Assembly: GCF_009914755.1 (NCBI RefSeq)
Contig: NC_060926.1
DNA from: the human T2T-CHM13v2.0 reference genome, Homo sapiens
Length of the DNA: 64,000 nucleotides
Strand: one strand, 5' to 3'
The notes below the pieces were generated by a model. It did no database searches. It was not told the DNA's origin and was given only the letters and a program-made list of their open reading frames with translations. The translations under genes and the position numbers were made by a program. Below are positions 27,184 through 41,147 of this stretch, piece after piece (positions within the stretch are counted from its first letter, which is position 1; each line of letters starts with the position of its first letter).

Positions 27184-27820
27184 CACACCACTTCATATTT
27201 GGTACGTGCTCATTCATTCATTCATATTTCACACGACAACTGCAAAGTTGAGTAGTTTCAAAAACCATATGACCCTCAAAGCCTATAATATTTATTATCT
27301 AATCTTTATATAAAAAGTTTGCTGATTCTTATTTCAGAAGAATTAGCAATAAAATATCAATTTTTTCCTTCATTTATTCCATCTGCCTGAAGAACTTGCT
27401 TTAACATTTCTTGTAGAGTAGGTCTACTGGCAATGAATTCCTAGTCTTTGTTTGCCTATGAAAGACTATTTCTGTTTCATTTTTGAAAAACATTCTCATT
27501 AGGCATAGATTTCTGGGCTGAGTTTTTTTCTTTCAGCACTTCCAAAGTGTCATTCCACTGTCTCCTAGCTTCCATAGTTTTGAAAAGTCAGCCATCACAC
27601 AAACTTCCTATCATTGTTCTCTATACATAATGTTACCTTTTTCTCCGGGTGCCTTAGAGATTTTCTTTTTACCTTTCATTTTAAGCAGCTTGAATACTAC
27701 ATGTCCACGTGTGTAAGCGTATGTGTGTGGTATTTATCCTGCTTGTTATTCTCTGAGCTTTTTGGACCTATGGTTTTGTGTCTCATTAATTTTGGAAAAT
27801 TCTTGGTCATTATTTCTTAA

Positions 27821-28135
<315 letters not shown>

Positions 28136-31100
28136 GTCTAAGGCTAGTTTCAATGATTGCTTTATCCCTGAGTGCTTTTTTTTCTTGCTTTTTAAATACA
28201 TCTCATGGTTTTTTGTTGTTGTTGTTATTGGAAGCTGATCCTCTTGTGTGCAACAGTAGAAACTAAATAGTTTTTATGCCTAAAATGGGGCAAGACTTTT
28301 CTTCTCCTAGGCCTTTACTGAAGGGTTAGAGTTTATCTAGTTAGGCAGTGGGCTGGGTTTGAAGTTAGCACTATTGTTACCCTCAGTATACTACAGGCTT
28401 TAAACTCCTGTAGAAATATCTTGTTTTTATGATGGGCCTTAATTTATCAGAGTAATGTCTATTCTATTGTGAGTTCAGCTCTTTCTTTTACACCAGGAAT
28501 CGCTGTCTATTCTTTTTTCCTCTCCTGTCTCTAACCCAGCAGCTGTTAATTATTATTAGAAACCTGTTAGTTTGATGGTGAGAAATGGTTGGGGGCCCAG
28601 ATCAATCCTCTGTTGTTCTGAGCAAGGCTCAGCCTTAGTCACATGTCAGCCTGGGTCTTGAAGATATAGCTGTATCAGTTATCTAACCTCCTGCCCTAAA
28701 CTACAGTTGTGGGCCCCGCATATTCCTGACAAAGTAGACACACACACGTGCACGCACTTTCCTCTCCCCAACTGCAATGAATTTCAGAATTTCATCAAGG
28801 CCCTAAGGCTTGCTGTGCTTACTACCTCCTTTCCACTCCACTGTTCCCAGATGATGGCTTTTGTTGTATAGTGGAGAGAAGGAAGAAGCCACGTGTCACC
28901 GCTGTTCTCGTCCCCAGGGTGTGTGCCACATCGCATACTTTTGGGGACTCTTTCCCATTTCCCATCTCCTGGGATTCCTACCCCATCCACTAGTGAAGAA
29001 AGAATATACAAGAGGGTACCAGGTTCCCCAATTTCTGCAGCCTTCACGGACATCACAAATTCTTGCTGGCCTGGACTCAACCTTCACTAATCTGTCCCAA
29101 TTCTAGCTGAACTCTTCTCACTGGTGTCCCGTTGTGTCTATCCAAGTTGAGTGTGGGTTCATGTCTCCTCCATCCCCATAGGCACTGTATATCCTTACAT
29201 TTTAAAGTTAGTCAGGCTCTTTTTCATTGCGAGGGTGGGAGTGATACTCCTTCCGGCTCTCTACACCCCAGGGCAAAAACTAGAGGGCCTCACAACTTTT
29301 TAAAACCCCTTTTTAAAATAAAAATATTTCCCGATGACTGGTCTATATTTCAAAGATTTAAAAATCCCAATACGTAAATTAACATGTGCCCAATTCTTAC
29401 TCAAACCCCCATATTCTCCTTTAATTACACTCATTATTTTCTTGTAAAAAAGTTTAATTGAACAGCTAAGTATAAATTTTTGAAGGAAAGAAGAGCCAAT
29501 TTCTTCTTTCGATTGCACCCTTTAGTGAAAATTAACTATGATCACAAGAATTTGTCTCCTGTGGCTTGTTGATTATAAAGAATAAAACATACATACATTT
29601 ACCACAACTCTATGTCATCATCCTCTGGTATTCTACAATGTGCTCTTGGTTAGGAGTTTTTATCTTGTATACAACATACAAACGTGCATATTCATATTTT
29701 TTCTCTCTCTCTCTGCAATTTTGAAACTATGGTAATATTCCAGATCGGAAGGGACCCACGATATGGTCTGCAGTTTCAGTTAAAAATCCTATCTGAATCC
29801 TGCTGTGCTTCAGCCTTCATCTGAATTTATGTCCTGTTGTAATAACATTATTTCTAAGAATATTTCCTCAGGTAAGACATTAAGACTTATGGGTCTGTAA
29901 TGTAAAATCCTACCATAAATAACCATTTTAAGGCATATAAAAGTTAAATTTTATACACTTATTGCTATCCTTTATTACTATGCTCAAAAAAAAATCACTG
30001 CTGTAATTTTTTTATTCCAATATCACAGGCACAAATTTTCCAGTTGCATGCATGAAAAAATTTTTTTTAAATATGCTGTCTTCATATAGTAACTAATCCA
30101 AAATAGAAAACTATCCTTGTACCAACTGAAGTCTCAGGGACAGATGCACTGATTAGAGACTTCAACAACATAACTCATGCTGTCTGAAAGGCCTTCTCAG
30201 GCAGATGTTCCATCTTATGACTCATTTAATCATTTACTTATATACTAATGTCCACTACATTATACTGCTCACATCAAAGCAACCAAGCAGTGAAAAAGAA
30301 ATGCCAAATCTTGTTCCTGCAAATATAAAGTTCTCATTTAGATTGTTTCTAAAAAGAACAAAAAGGTCTTATTTTAAGTAGTTTTCCTGCTTTTAATCAC
30401 TGAATTCATGTAGAGTTTCTGTATGCCAACTATTATTGAGGTTTAGCAAGCCAATTATATTGCAGAGGCATACCACTGGCTACTTTAGAAAACATCCTTA
30501 TACTATACCTTTTACCTGTTATTAAAATTAAAACTAAATATACCTTTTACCTATTATTAAATAACAGTGACATTCTTAAAGCTTTTTACAAAGTACAAGA
30601 TAATAAACTTACTTTAAATGAGTAATTTTATTCCATTAGTCCCGAAACATGTTCACTGAAATAATTATCTAAAAATACTTGTCAACCCAAATAATGTCAA
30701 TATACTAGTACTGTTAACTTACTCAAATAAATTATAACCAGGATTATTTAACAAAACATTAAAGGAAAAAAACTCAATTACTTAGAATGCATTGGTATGG
30801 TTCTCTAAGCATCTAGATTGCTGTGTAGAGTTAATGCTCATGCGAATATAAAAGAAGTTATCTAACAGTCTAAATATTTATTCCAATATCAATCTTAAGT
30901 TTTAATCAGTTATATTTTGTTCCTTTTTAACAGAAGAAAATGAATTAAAATGAGTGCAAAATGCTTTTAACTGGGAATTTAAAAATTAGAAAAATACTAT
31001 TAAAGTGATCATGAATGTATCATATTAAGAGCATTAAATTTCATTTGAAAATCAAATTGTATAATTGAAGGATTTTCACACACATGGGATTTTCCACACT

Positions 31101-31789
31101 TTATCTCTTAATGTAATATTTATTCAAAGTACATTTTAAAATTGAGAAATACCTTTAATATTACAACACCTTCTTATTTGCTACCAAAATAAGGGAGAGA
31201 TTTTTATGAAACTGTCATTTTAAATAATAGTCAATAGCTGCACACATTAAGTAAACAAATTCAGTTCAAGGGAAGAACTTCATCACCATTTGGTGGTTGT
31301 AATTTAGATTATTCTAGCGTGTAATACTTTAATTGTATAAAACAAAGCTGATGTCACAAATACAAAAGAATTTCTTGCAAAGCAAGTACCACAAGTAATT
31401 TCTATGCTGCCACTGATGGCTGACAAGTGATGAGCACTTTGTTCAAATGTATATGCTATGCACATAAGACAACAGGTGGTTTATAAAAAGAAAATACTGA
31501 AGAGAAGCTTTTAACATGTTCACAATCAACGTTTTTATAATATGCCCTGTCAGAATATCTGCTATAATCTTTGAATAACTAAAAGAACTCTTAAATAGGG
31601 AAATATAATATTCTCAACCTAAAAAAGAAGCTGAATCAGACAAACTAGAATTAATGCTGGGCTAAAAATGTTTATATAAGACAATGTATTGATATATTAC
31701 CAATGTAGTAATATGTTGCCAGTGTATTCTATAGGTTAATAATTTATGTTACAATATTTTCAAATATTTTTTAACATTTGTTCTATTAA

Positions 31790-31923
31790 CCCATTTACAC
31801 CAGAGGTGGCAAGTTGTTTTTTTGTGTGAAAAATCAGACCATGGAGAAGACCTTGTGCAGTAAGATATAAATAACTCCCACAAGCTTAGTGTTCCAATAA
31901 TGGAACACTTAGGCATAAATAGG
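31790..31923. mobile_element. MER85 piggyBac (PGBD3-family) MITE
   Basis: TTAA TSD on both sides (31786-31789, 31924-31927). Termini CCCATTTACACC / GGCATAAATAGG; internal palindrome GTTCCAATAATGGAAC at 31891-31906. Confidence 0.92.
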
Positions 31924-32704
31924 TTAATTGATATCTGGCTACTGTTACTCAGTGCTGGAGAAAACCTTCCCATAGAAGCTAAACAAAACAACAAACACCC
32001 AAGCTCTAAAGGCCTAATTAACTGCAGTGTTGGAGGCAGTTTCTCACTGATGGCAAAAATTGAAACAGATGGCAGTGTCCAGAATGATTAGCATTCCCCC
32101 TACTACCACCACCTAAGGATTTAACCTTTTAATAAAGCGCTAGAAGGTATGTTGTTTTGATGTTGTTGGTTTGTTGTGTTTTTTTTTATGAGAATAATTC
32201 CAAGTCAGAATGAAATTAAACTTCAAAAGTCTGAAACATAGGTACTCGCTCTCCCACCCCCAACTCCAATGAAGCCCAGGGGGGAAAATTTTTGATTAGG
32301 AATGAATTACACTGTGAAGGATTCTTCCCACTTCCCTACCTCTAAATGTTCCTGTACACAAAGGATCCTTATTTCTCTTAAGTGATTTTAGCTGTTCTAG
32401 TTCAAAGGGTGACAATTGCTGTAGTTTAAAGGGTGAAGAGGGATGGAATTAAGCTACTAAGAAATGAAGAAAAAATAAACAGGCAAATGTGATCTACAAC
32501 TTCTCTTACAGTCACATTAATATAAGCAAGGAATACCTCAAACCCACATTAAAACTGTTTAATGCTGGAGTGTAGGTTTAACATCCAATTTATTGACACA
32601 GTATAGCCAAATATTAATTTGTAAGCAAGGGGTTCAAAACATACAATAGCTATTCAGTCTTTTCAAATGATCACGTAGCTGAAAGCTCTGCACATTTGCA
32701 ATAA

Positions 32705-33003
<299 letters not shown>

Positions 33004-33177
33004 TGCAATAAAATTTTATATGCAATGCTTGCAAAGCAAAAATGGTAAAACTGAGTTCTAAATTAATGTCATTTACATGCACTTGTAGGAACTGAAGAAA
33101 TCCAAGTTAAAAACAAGAAAGTGGGCAGATTAATAAAGACTAATATAGGCTTCTGGATATTTTCAAATAACTTAAAG

Positions 33178-35009
33178 CAGGGGTTCTTAAAGTATGGTCC
33201 ATAAACCCCTGGGAGTCTTCAAGGTCAAAATATTATTTTAGGCCAGGCACAGTAGCTCATGCCTGTAATCCTAGCACTTTGGGAGGCCAAGGCAGGCAAA
33301 TCATTTGAGGTCAAGAGTTCCGAGACCAGCCTGGCCAAGATGGCAAAACCCTGTCTCTACTAAAAATACATAAATTAGCCGGGTATGGCAGTGGGCACCT
33401 GTAATCCCAGCTACTCAGGAAGCTGAGGCACAAGAATTGCTTGAACCTGGGAGGCAGACGTTGCAGTGAGCCAAGATCACACCACTACACTCCAGCCTGG
33501 GTGATGGAGTGAGCCTCTGTCTCAAAAGTTCTCTCTGTCTATATATATATAGTTTTACATATATGTAATTTCATAATAATATTAACATGTTATTTGCCTT
33601 TTTCACTGTATTGACATCAGCAGTCATGGTACAAAAGTAATTGTGGGAAAAACTGCTAGTATCTTAGCATGAATCAAGGTCATATTGTACTTGGTCAATG
33701 TATTCATCACAATTAAAAATAAACAACCCAGTTTCACCTAAGGCAGTCCTTGATGAATCAGTAAGGGCTATTAATTTTATTGTATCTCAACCCTTGGGTA
33801 TACATCTCTAACGTGCTGGGTGAGGAAACAGAAGTATGCATAAAATGTTTCTGCTACATACCAAAATAATGGTTGTTAAAGGAAAGCATTTGGGTTGCAA
33901 GCTGAACTGGCCACTTTTTTGTAGAACCCCATTTCTATGTGAAAAAATAACTGACATTCAAACTATGGTTATTTAATCTTTTGTATCTGGCAGCCATTTT
34001 CTTGTAAATTATAAAATTCAGGCTCTCAGCCACCGGGGGAAAGCTCAGGATGGGGCAGACACAGACCACACCACCCAAAAACATTCCCATGTTCCCAATT
34101 CCCTGAATTACACACTAGCAGGGGGCAGCTGCTCAAACACAGCCAATGCTCCATTCCTTGTCAAGTGTTAATAAGACCTGGCAAGATAGTGGGGGGTTGG
34201 GAGGTGGCAGGATTCAGACTTTCAAGTAAAAATTATAATTTTTGAAAATGTGCATTTGCCACTGTAACCCTGACAACTTCCCAATATTTAAAGATTTTTC
34301 TGATGAGATCTGTGGTGATATCAACAGATTTGATTTTTTTGATACTGTATCACATAAGGTCTCAAGATTTGGAATATCTGTATCACTCACCAAGAATCAG
34401 CATTTTCCAAACAACCAAATGGGTAAAAGAGTCACTCAAAGTACAAGATAGACTAAGGGACTTTAATATGAGTACAGAATGTTCATTGTTATAGTTGCAG
34501 ATTCCACATTCCGATTAACTTTTAAGATACTATTATTTGTCAAGTTTTGATGTAGTATCAAAGAAGAATATTCACAATTATCTGAAAGGTTATTAAAATA
34601 CTCTTCCCTTTTCTAACCACATATCTGAGGCCAGGTTTTCTTTATATACCTCAGCCAAAACAACATACAGTGTTAGATTAAATGTACAAGCAGATATAAG
34701 AATCCAGCTGTCCTCTCTTATGCTGGACATTAAAGAAATTTATTTTAAAAAAAAAGCAATCCCTCTTGGTCTCATTAAATATTTTTGTTTTAGAAAATGT
34801 AATCATTTCTCAAAAAATATATTATGTACACATATAATGGGTTTACTGTGGTTTTAAAATGAATTATTAAGTCATTTTAAAAATCTTAGTTTTAATTTTT
34901 AATACGGTAAATACTGATTGACATTTACCTACAAAAGCACAAGGTTTTGAGAGCCCTTAATAATTTTAAAAGTTTTAGAGTCTCGAGATAAAAAATTTTG
35001 AGAACCATT
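33178..35009 (-). mobile_element. Charlie1-family hAT DNA transposon remnant containing an Alu and an orphan insert
   Basis: Termini caggggttcttaaagtatggtcc / aaaaaattttgagaaccatt; internal transposase-like sequence (tttctgatgagatctgtggtgatat). Confidence 0.8.
33241..33527 (+). mobile_element. Alu (AluS-type)
   Basis: Full dimer nested in Charlie1. Confidence 0.95.
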
Positions 35010-36084
35010 ACTTTGGAGGCTATTAATACCAATTCCTTCCAAGATATATTTCTGTCTTTCCATAGGAAGACAGGTGGATGAAGAGTTACATTCTTTTCTA
35101 TAAAAATACGTTTTTCTAGGAGCTACAAAGGATAGTTGAGTGAGAAAGATTATAGCAGTTAGAAAAAGAAACCAAGGCTCCTTGGACACTTGGCTATTTC
35201 CAGAACTGGGGAGGATATAAAAAGATAGGCCTGGAACACCCTTGAGATCATACCAGACAGCAAGAAAGCTATCAAAGACCACTAATGTGGCATCAAAAGT
35301 GCTCAGGAACCAACTTGAAGAGATTCCCCTGGAACAACTGGAATATCAATATGGATAACTGCAATGGACGGAAACATAACAAATGTTTAAACCCAGGAGG
35401 TTTAAAGAAATCAGAAGGTATCATTATCTACCTTTGGAGGAGCCTAATGAACCAACTCATTATTTTAACAACTTTATCCAAAGAAAACATCAATATAATT
35501 CTTTTTTTTTTAAGCCCATCCACATCTCCAAGGAGTAAGGGGAGGAGGCTTAAGACAGCAAAGCATTTCAATGGAATCCTCATTTGGTAAAAATAAGATC
35601 TTGTAACCCTTAAATACAATTGTTTAAATTCTGCAGAAAATACTGATTCATTGATACTAATCAATAGTAAGCATCTACTTTCTAAAGTAAACTATATTTC
35701 CCTTACCATACATAAATTGCCTTCAAAGAAACCTACACCAAACACCTACCTTTAAGAACCAAACAAAATTACAACTTGTCTGACTAAAGATGATCTCTCT
35801 TGCCCTCTCCACTCTATTCCTAGAAATGCTTGTCGGCATCAAAGTATCATCACGAGTATTTTAGGTTCAAAAAGAGAATGCGAAGATTTTCTTAAGTAAA
35901 TGGGTTGTAAGGTAGAGGAGACTAAAGGCTTAAAGCATGTAACCATGAGTGTTATAGTCAATTAACTAAAAATGCACACAACATACAATATGAGAGAAGT
36001 TAAAATGATGGGTTTCAGGTCACAGATCCTAGATTAAACTCTCAGTTCTTCCATTTACTAACTTAAGCAAGTCACTTCATCTCT

Positions 36085-36370
36085 CTTTTTAAGAGACAGT
36101 GTCTGGGTCTTCCTTTAATGCCCAGGCTGGAGTGCAGTGGCACAATCATGGCTCACTGCAGCCTCAAATTCCTGAGCTTGAGTGATCCTCCCACCTCAGT
36201 AGATCCTCAGCCACCTGAGTAACTGAGACTACAGGCACACGCCACCATGCCCGGCTGATTTTTCTTATTGTTTAGTAGAGAAGGGGGGTCTCACTATGTT
36301 GTCCTGGCTGGACTTGAACTTCTAGACTCAAGCGATCTTCCTGCCACAGCCCCCTCAAAGTACTAGAATT
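36085..36370 (-). mobile_element. Alu (AluJ-type) inserted in a MIR (about 36000-36490)
   Basis: Reverse diverged Alu with MIR core halves on both sides. Confidence 0.85.
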
Positions 36371-36686
36371 GTTTCTTTAGTATGCAAAATGGGAATAGTA
36401 GTGCGTACTTCATGCAAATCTTGAGAGAGTTAATAGATGTAATAATAAAGCCTTTATTATACTGCTTATAACACATTAATCCTCAATAAATAAAGCCTCT
36501 CATAAAAGTACATTGTTACCATTCGTATCATGTAATGGGAAAGAAAGAAGATAATGGGAAAACGCTGGGTAAAACAGCTCCTTTTACCAACTATCAAGGG
36601 ATATCATTATCAGTCCAATAAAGGTAAGCTACCATTTTGCCTTTAGCCAGTATGGGTAGTTATAAAAATGACATGGAAATATAATA

Positions 36687-37730
36687 GAATTGACCCTGAA
36701 CAACATGGCTTTGAACTGAGAGGGTTCACTTGCCTGTGGATTTTTTTCAATAAACATATTTTTAAATTTTTGAAGATTTGCAAGTTTGAAAAAAACTCAC
36801 AGATAAACCGGGTAACCTAGAAATACTGAAAAATGTTTACAGTTAGGTATGTCATGAATGCATAAAAATATGCAAACACTAGTCTATCATCTACTAACAT
36901 AAAATATATATAAATTATAAAAACTTAAGAATTTATCAAAATGTACACATGCGCACTTAGATTGTTATATGACACCATTCACAGTTGAAAGAAATGTAAA
37001 CAAACATAAAGATGCAGTATGAAATCATAACTGCATAAAATTAACTGTACTCCATACTGTACTACCATAATAATTTCACCGCCACCTCCTGTTGCTATTG
37101 GGATGAGCTTGAGTGTTGCGAGTATCCGCTTAAGACACTGTGAGACATTAATCATCTTCCTGTGAGCAGTTTATCTCTCCAGAAAATTGTGTATTACAGT
37201 AAAAAGTGATCTCTTGCAGTTCTTGTGTTTTTTTCATTGTGTTTAATGCTATATTGTAAACCTTGAATAACACCATGGGAGCCATACCAAGTGCCACTAG
37301 TGATGCTGGCAGTGCTCCCAAGAAGCAGAGAAATGTCATGACTTGACAACGAAATGTTGAATTGGACCACAGATTAGAAGGTCCACTTAATAGGGACCGT
37401 AGATTGAGATCTACAGCTGTGGTTGCTACCATTTCAGAAGACTCATCTTGTAAACAGATAATATGAACTTACGGTATCAGAAGTACAGTACTGTAAATTA
37501 TTTTCCTTATGATTTTCTTAATAATAGTCTTTCCTCTAGCTTACTTCAAAAATACGGTATATAACACATATACAAAATATGTGTCAATCAACTGTTTATG
37601 TCATTGGTAAGGCTTCTGCTCAACAGTAGAGATTTTGGGGAGTCAGAATCTCCCCAGAACTCAGTTACACACAGTTCAACTGAGTGGGAGGTCAGCATCC
37701 TTAACCCCTGTGTTGTTCAAGGGTCAACTG
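36687..37730. mobile_element. Tigger2-family (Tigger2b-like) non-autonomous DNA transposon
   Basis: TA-flanked TIRs ttgaccctgaacaacatgg / tgttgttcaagggtcaactg. Confidence 0.88.
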
Positions 37731-38207
37731 TACATAAATGTGCACACATTTTCACAGAAACCATCTGTAACTATACTATCTGAAATGACATCAACTTTGT
37801 CTCCTTTTCTAGATTTAATAAAATATTATCGAACATGTCATTTACTGAAAAAAAAATAGTGACGTTTAAAACATAATGATCCTTCTATGTAAATATTCAG
37901 TATAAACCTTCTATTTGCAAGTAAAATAGGCCAGTCTCCTAAGGCTTCTCAAATCAAATGAAGCAAACTAAAATTCTCTCACCATAAATTACAATGTTAG
38001 CAAAGAAAGGGTGATGAGAAGAACAGAAAGGGATTTTAACAAAGAGGGATTAAAATTCAAATTTAAATTATAGCCTGATCTTTATTTACATCAAATTCAA
38101 TTCGTAAAGATTAACTGCAACACCCTGCCAATTACAGCAAACCAGGTACAAACCATCACCCTAACAAATTCAAGTGCACTCACTCCTAACTACTGTCTAG
38201 CTAACAT

Positions 38208-38346
38208 CTTTTTTTTTTTTTTTTTTTTTAAGAGATGGGGTCTTGCTTTATTACCCAGGCTGATCTCGAACTCCTGGCTTCAAGTGATCCTCTTGCCTCA
38301 GCCTCCCAAAATGCTGGGATTACAGGCAGAAGCCACTGTGCCTGGT
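38208..38346 (-). mobile_element. Alu monomer (FLAM-like)
   Basis: Single reverse left arm with poly-T. Confidence 0.88.
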
Positions 38347-38544
38347 CTCTATCAGCTTTAGAAACAGTTCTATTCTTGGGACTTCTCCAGCTGTTTCCAC
38401 ATGATGGTTCCCCAGCTCCTCCATTTTACTCTAGATAGGGTAAATAGATGCTTTGTTATTTTATTTTACTGAAATACATACACTTTAAGTTATTCCCTAT
38501 GTATACTGTACAATTTTATATTTACAGTTGGTTAAACGGAGTAG

Positions 38545-38840
<296 letters not shown>

Positions 38841-38867
38841 AGTAATTATTTTTAAAAAGCAAATTTA

Positions 38868-39186
<319 letters not shown>

Positions 39187-41000
39187 TCAACATGGTATTG
39201 TATAACAAGAGCCACTAGAAGAGAAATATAATCTTTGATTCATTAATTTATCTCCAATAAATACTTTGTAAGGAAAAATTCAATAAAGATAAAAATATAA
39301 ATGGATAAAGTCACTCACTAAAGAGCTACCTATAATAGCAAAATAACTGAAAACATCCAGCTGTCTAAAAATTAGAGAATGATAAATCGTACACCATTGA
39401 GACAATGAAATATTATTCCTTCACTAAAGCTATTATTAATAATAAAGCTATTCCAAAACAAGAAAAATGTTTTAAGATATAATATTCATAAAAAAAACTT
39501 TAAGAAATAGATATACAGTAGAGGAAAGATAGAAGTTTTGCTAAAAATCTTGATTCCGCCACTTAGCAGCTATGTGATTTTTTGACAAATTTTTAAATTC
39601 TCCGAGAATCAGTTTCCCCATCTCTAAAATGCGGTAATAATATGAAATTCATAGGTTCCTAGGAGAATCAAATTATATCACCATAAAGTTTCTGGCCCCC
39701 TAACATCAATAAATTCCCTTCCCTGTTACTCAGTTGACTCCCTTCCCATTACAGCACCATAAGTATATAAACAGCAGGTCATATCTAAAACGGTGTTAAA
39801 GTGTTAAGATTGTGGTTCTACATTTAAATTATCGCATATAGTAAACTTCCTTATTGGTATATCTTCCTCAGTTCTTTAAAAGTCATCAACCCCTGGTATA
39901 GCTGTTACCCTGAATATAACACTGCTTCAATTTTTTAAAAATCATATTCAAAATAATTTCAATTTAGAGTTCTTTCCCAAATGAAATTGTTACCTACAAT
40001 ATACAAATCAGAATTCAGCCTATATATACAAAAATGGGGAAAAAAACAAGTTAGGAAAATGGGCGGAGAAGATTTCAAGACACCTGCCCTGCACCTTCAC
40101 ACCTAATACTTTTTAAAAATATACTTGAACATTGAGTTAATTGGAAGATAAAGAACACTATTCCCAGAAATCTATAAAGTAATCCCTAGTTTTTGATTTT
40201 ACTCATCTGGCAACCTGAAATGCAAGAGAAGACCTTCATAGCTGAACTGAACAGAAGGTGGATACAGTTGTCCTTTTCACCTCAGGAACTAGGGAAGAGG
40301 AACAAGACCATCTCCCCTGACCTAACCCCTTACCTGTGAGAAATACAAACAAAATATCTAAATCTCTGCTGGTTCAATGGGGTCTTCCTTAGGTACTATG
40401 GCAAGAGCTGAGTCAGTCAAATCCAGGACAGTCAGGTAATGTTCCTTCCTGCCACAGAGTGAGCAAGGACAGCAAAGACAGAGTTGGAGTGGGAGGAGAA
40501 GATGGACCGGTCAAGGGGACACCATGGCCCTGAATAAACAAATTCCAGGCACATGGACAGTCTGGGGATTCTGAGGGGAAGCCCTGACATCGCCAATGTA
40601 GAGACAGAAAACTTGTGATTATTTTGACCAGTCCTGCAACACAGCCTACAGCCCATAGAGCCTTAGAGCCCTATAGCCCTGCCTTTCCTTCAACTGCCAG
40701 GGCTAGCAAATGGCACTACCAAGCCATAAGCTCAAAATTATAAGTCACTGACGTAGGAAAACTGTATCTGGCATGCAATGAGTGGTGTAAAGGCATCAAT
40801 GTAAAATTTGAAAAAGGACAGTTATAAGGAAATGAAGATTCACTTTAATAAAACACAAATGCTCAACTGATTTCATTCATCCAAGTTACATATAACAACG
40901 AGTGCCTTCATTTTCAAAACCAAATCAGTCTCAATACTTACATTTTTAACTTATAATGACAGCATTCTGACAAGAAAAATGAGGTTCAAACTTGATGCTA

Positions 41001-41147
41001 AGTTGGGCACAGTGGTGCAAGCCTGCAGTCCCAGCTACTCAGGAGGCTGAGGCAGGAAGATTGTTAGTGCCCAGAAATTTGAAGACAGCCTAGGCAACAT
41101 GGTGAGACCTCATCTCTTAAAAAAACAAACAAACAAACAAAAAAAAA
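41001..41147 (+). mobile_element. Alu monomer (FLAM_A-like)
   Basis: Single arm with an A/CAAA tail. Confidence 0.85.

Noticed and set aside
30504-30561. 23-bp near-duplicate TATACCTTTTACCT(G/A)TTATTAAA
   Set aside because: An isolated two-copy slippage product in AT-rich DNA with no further structure.
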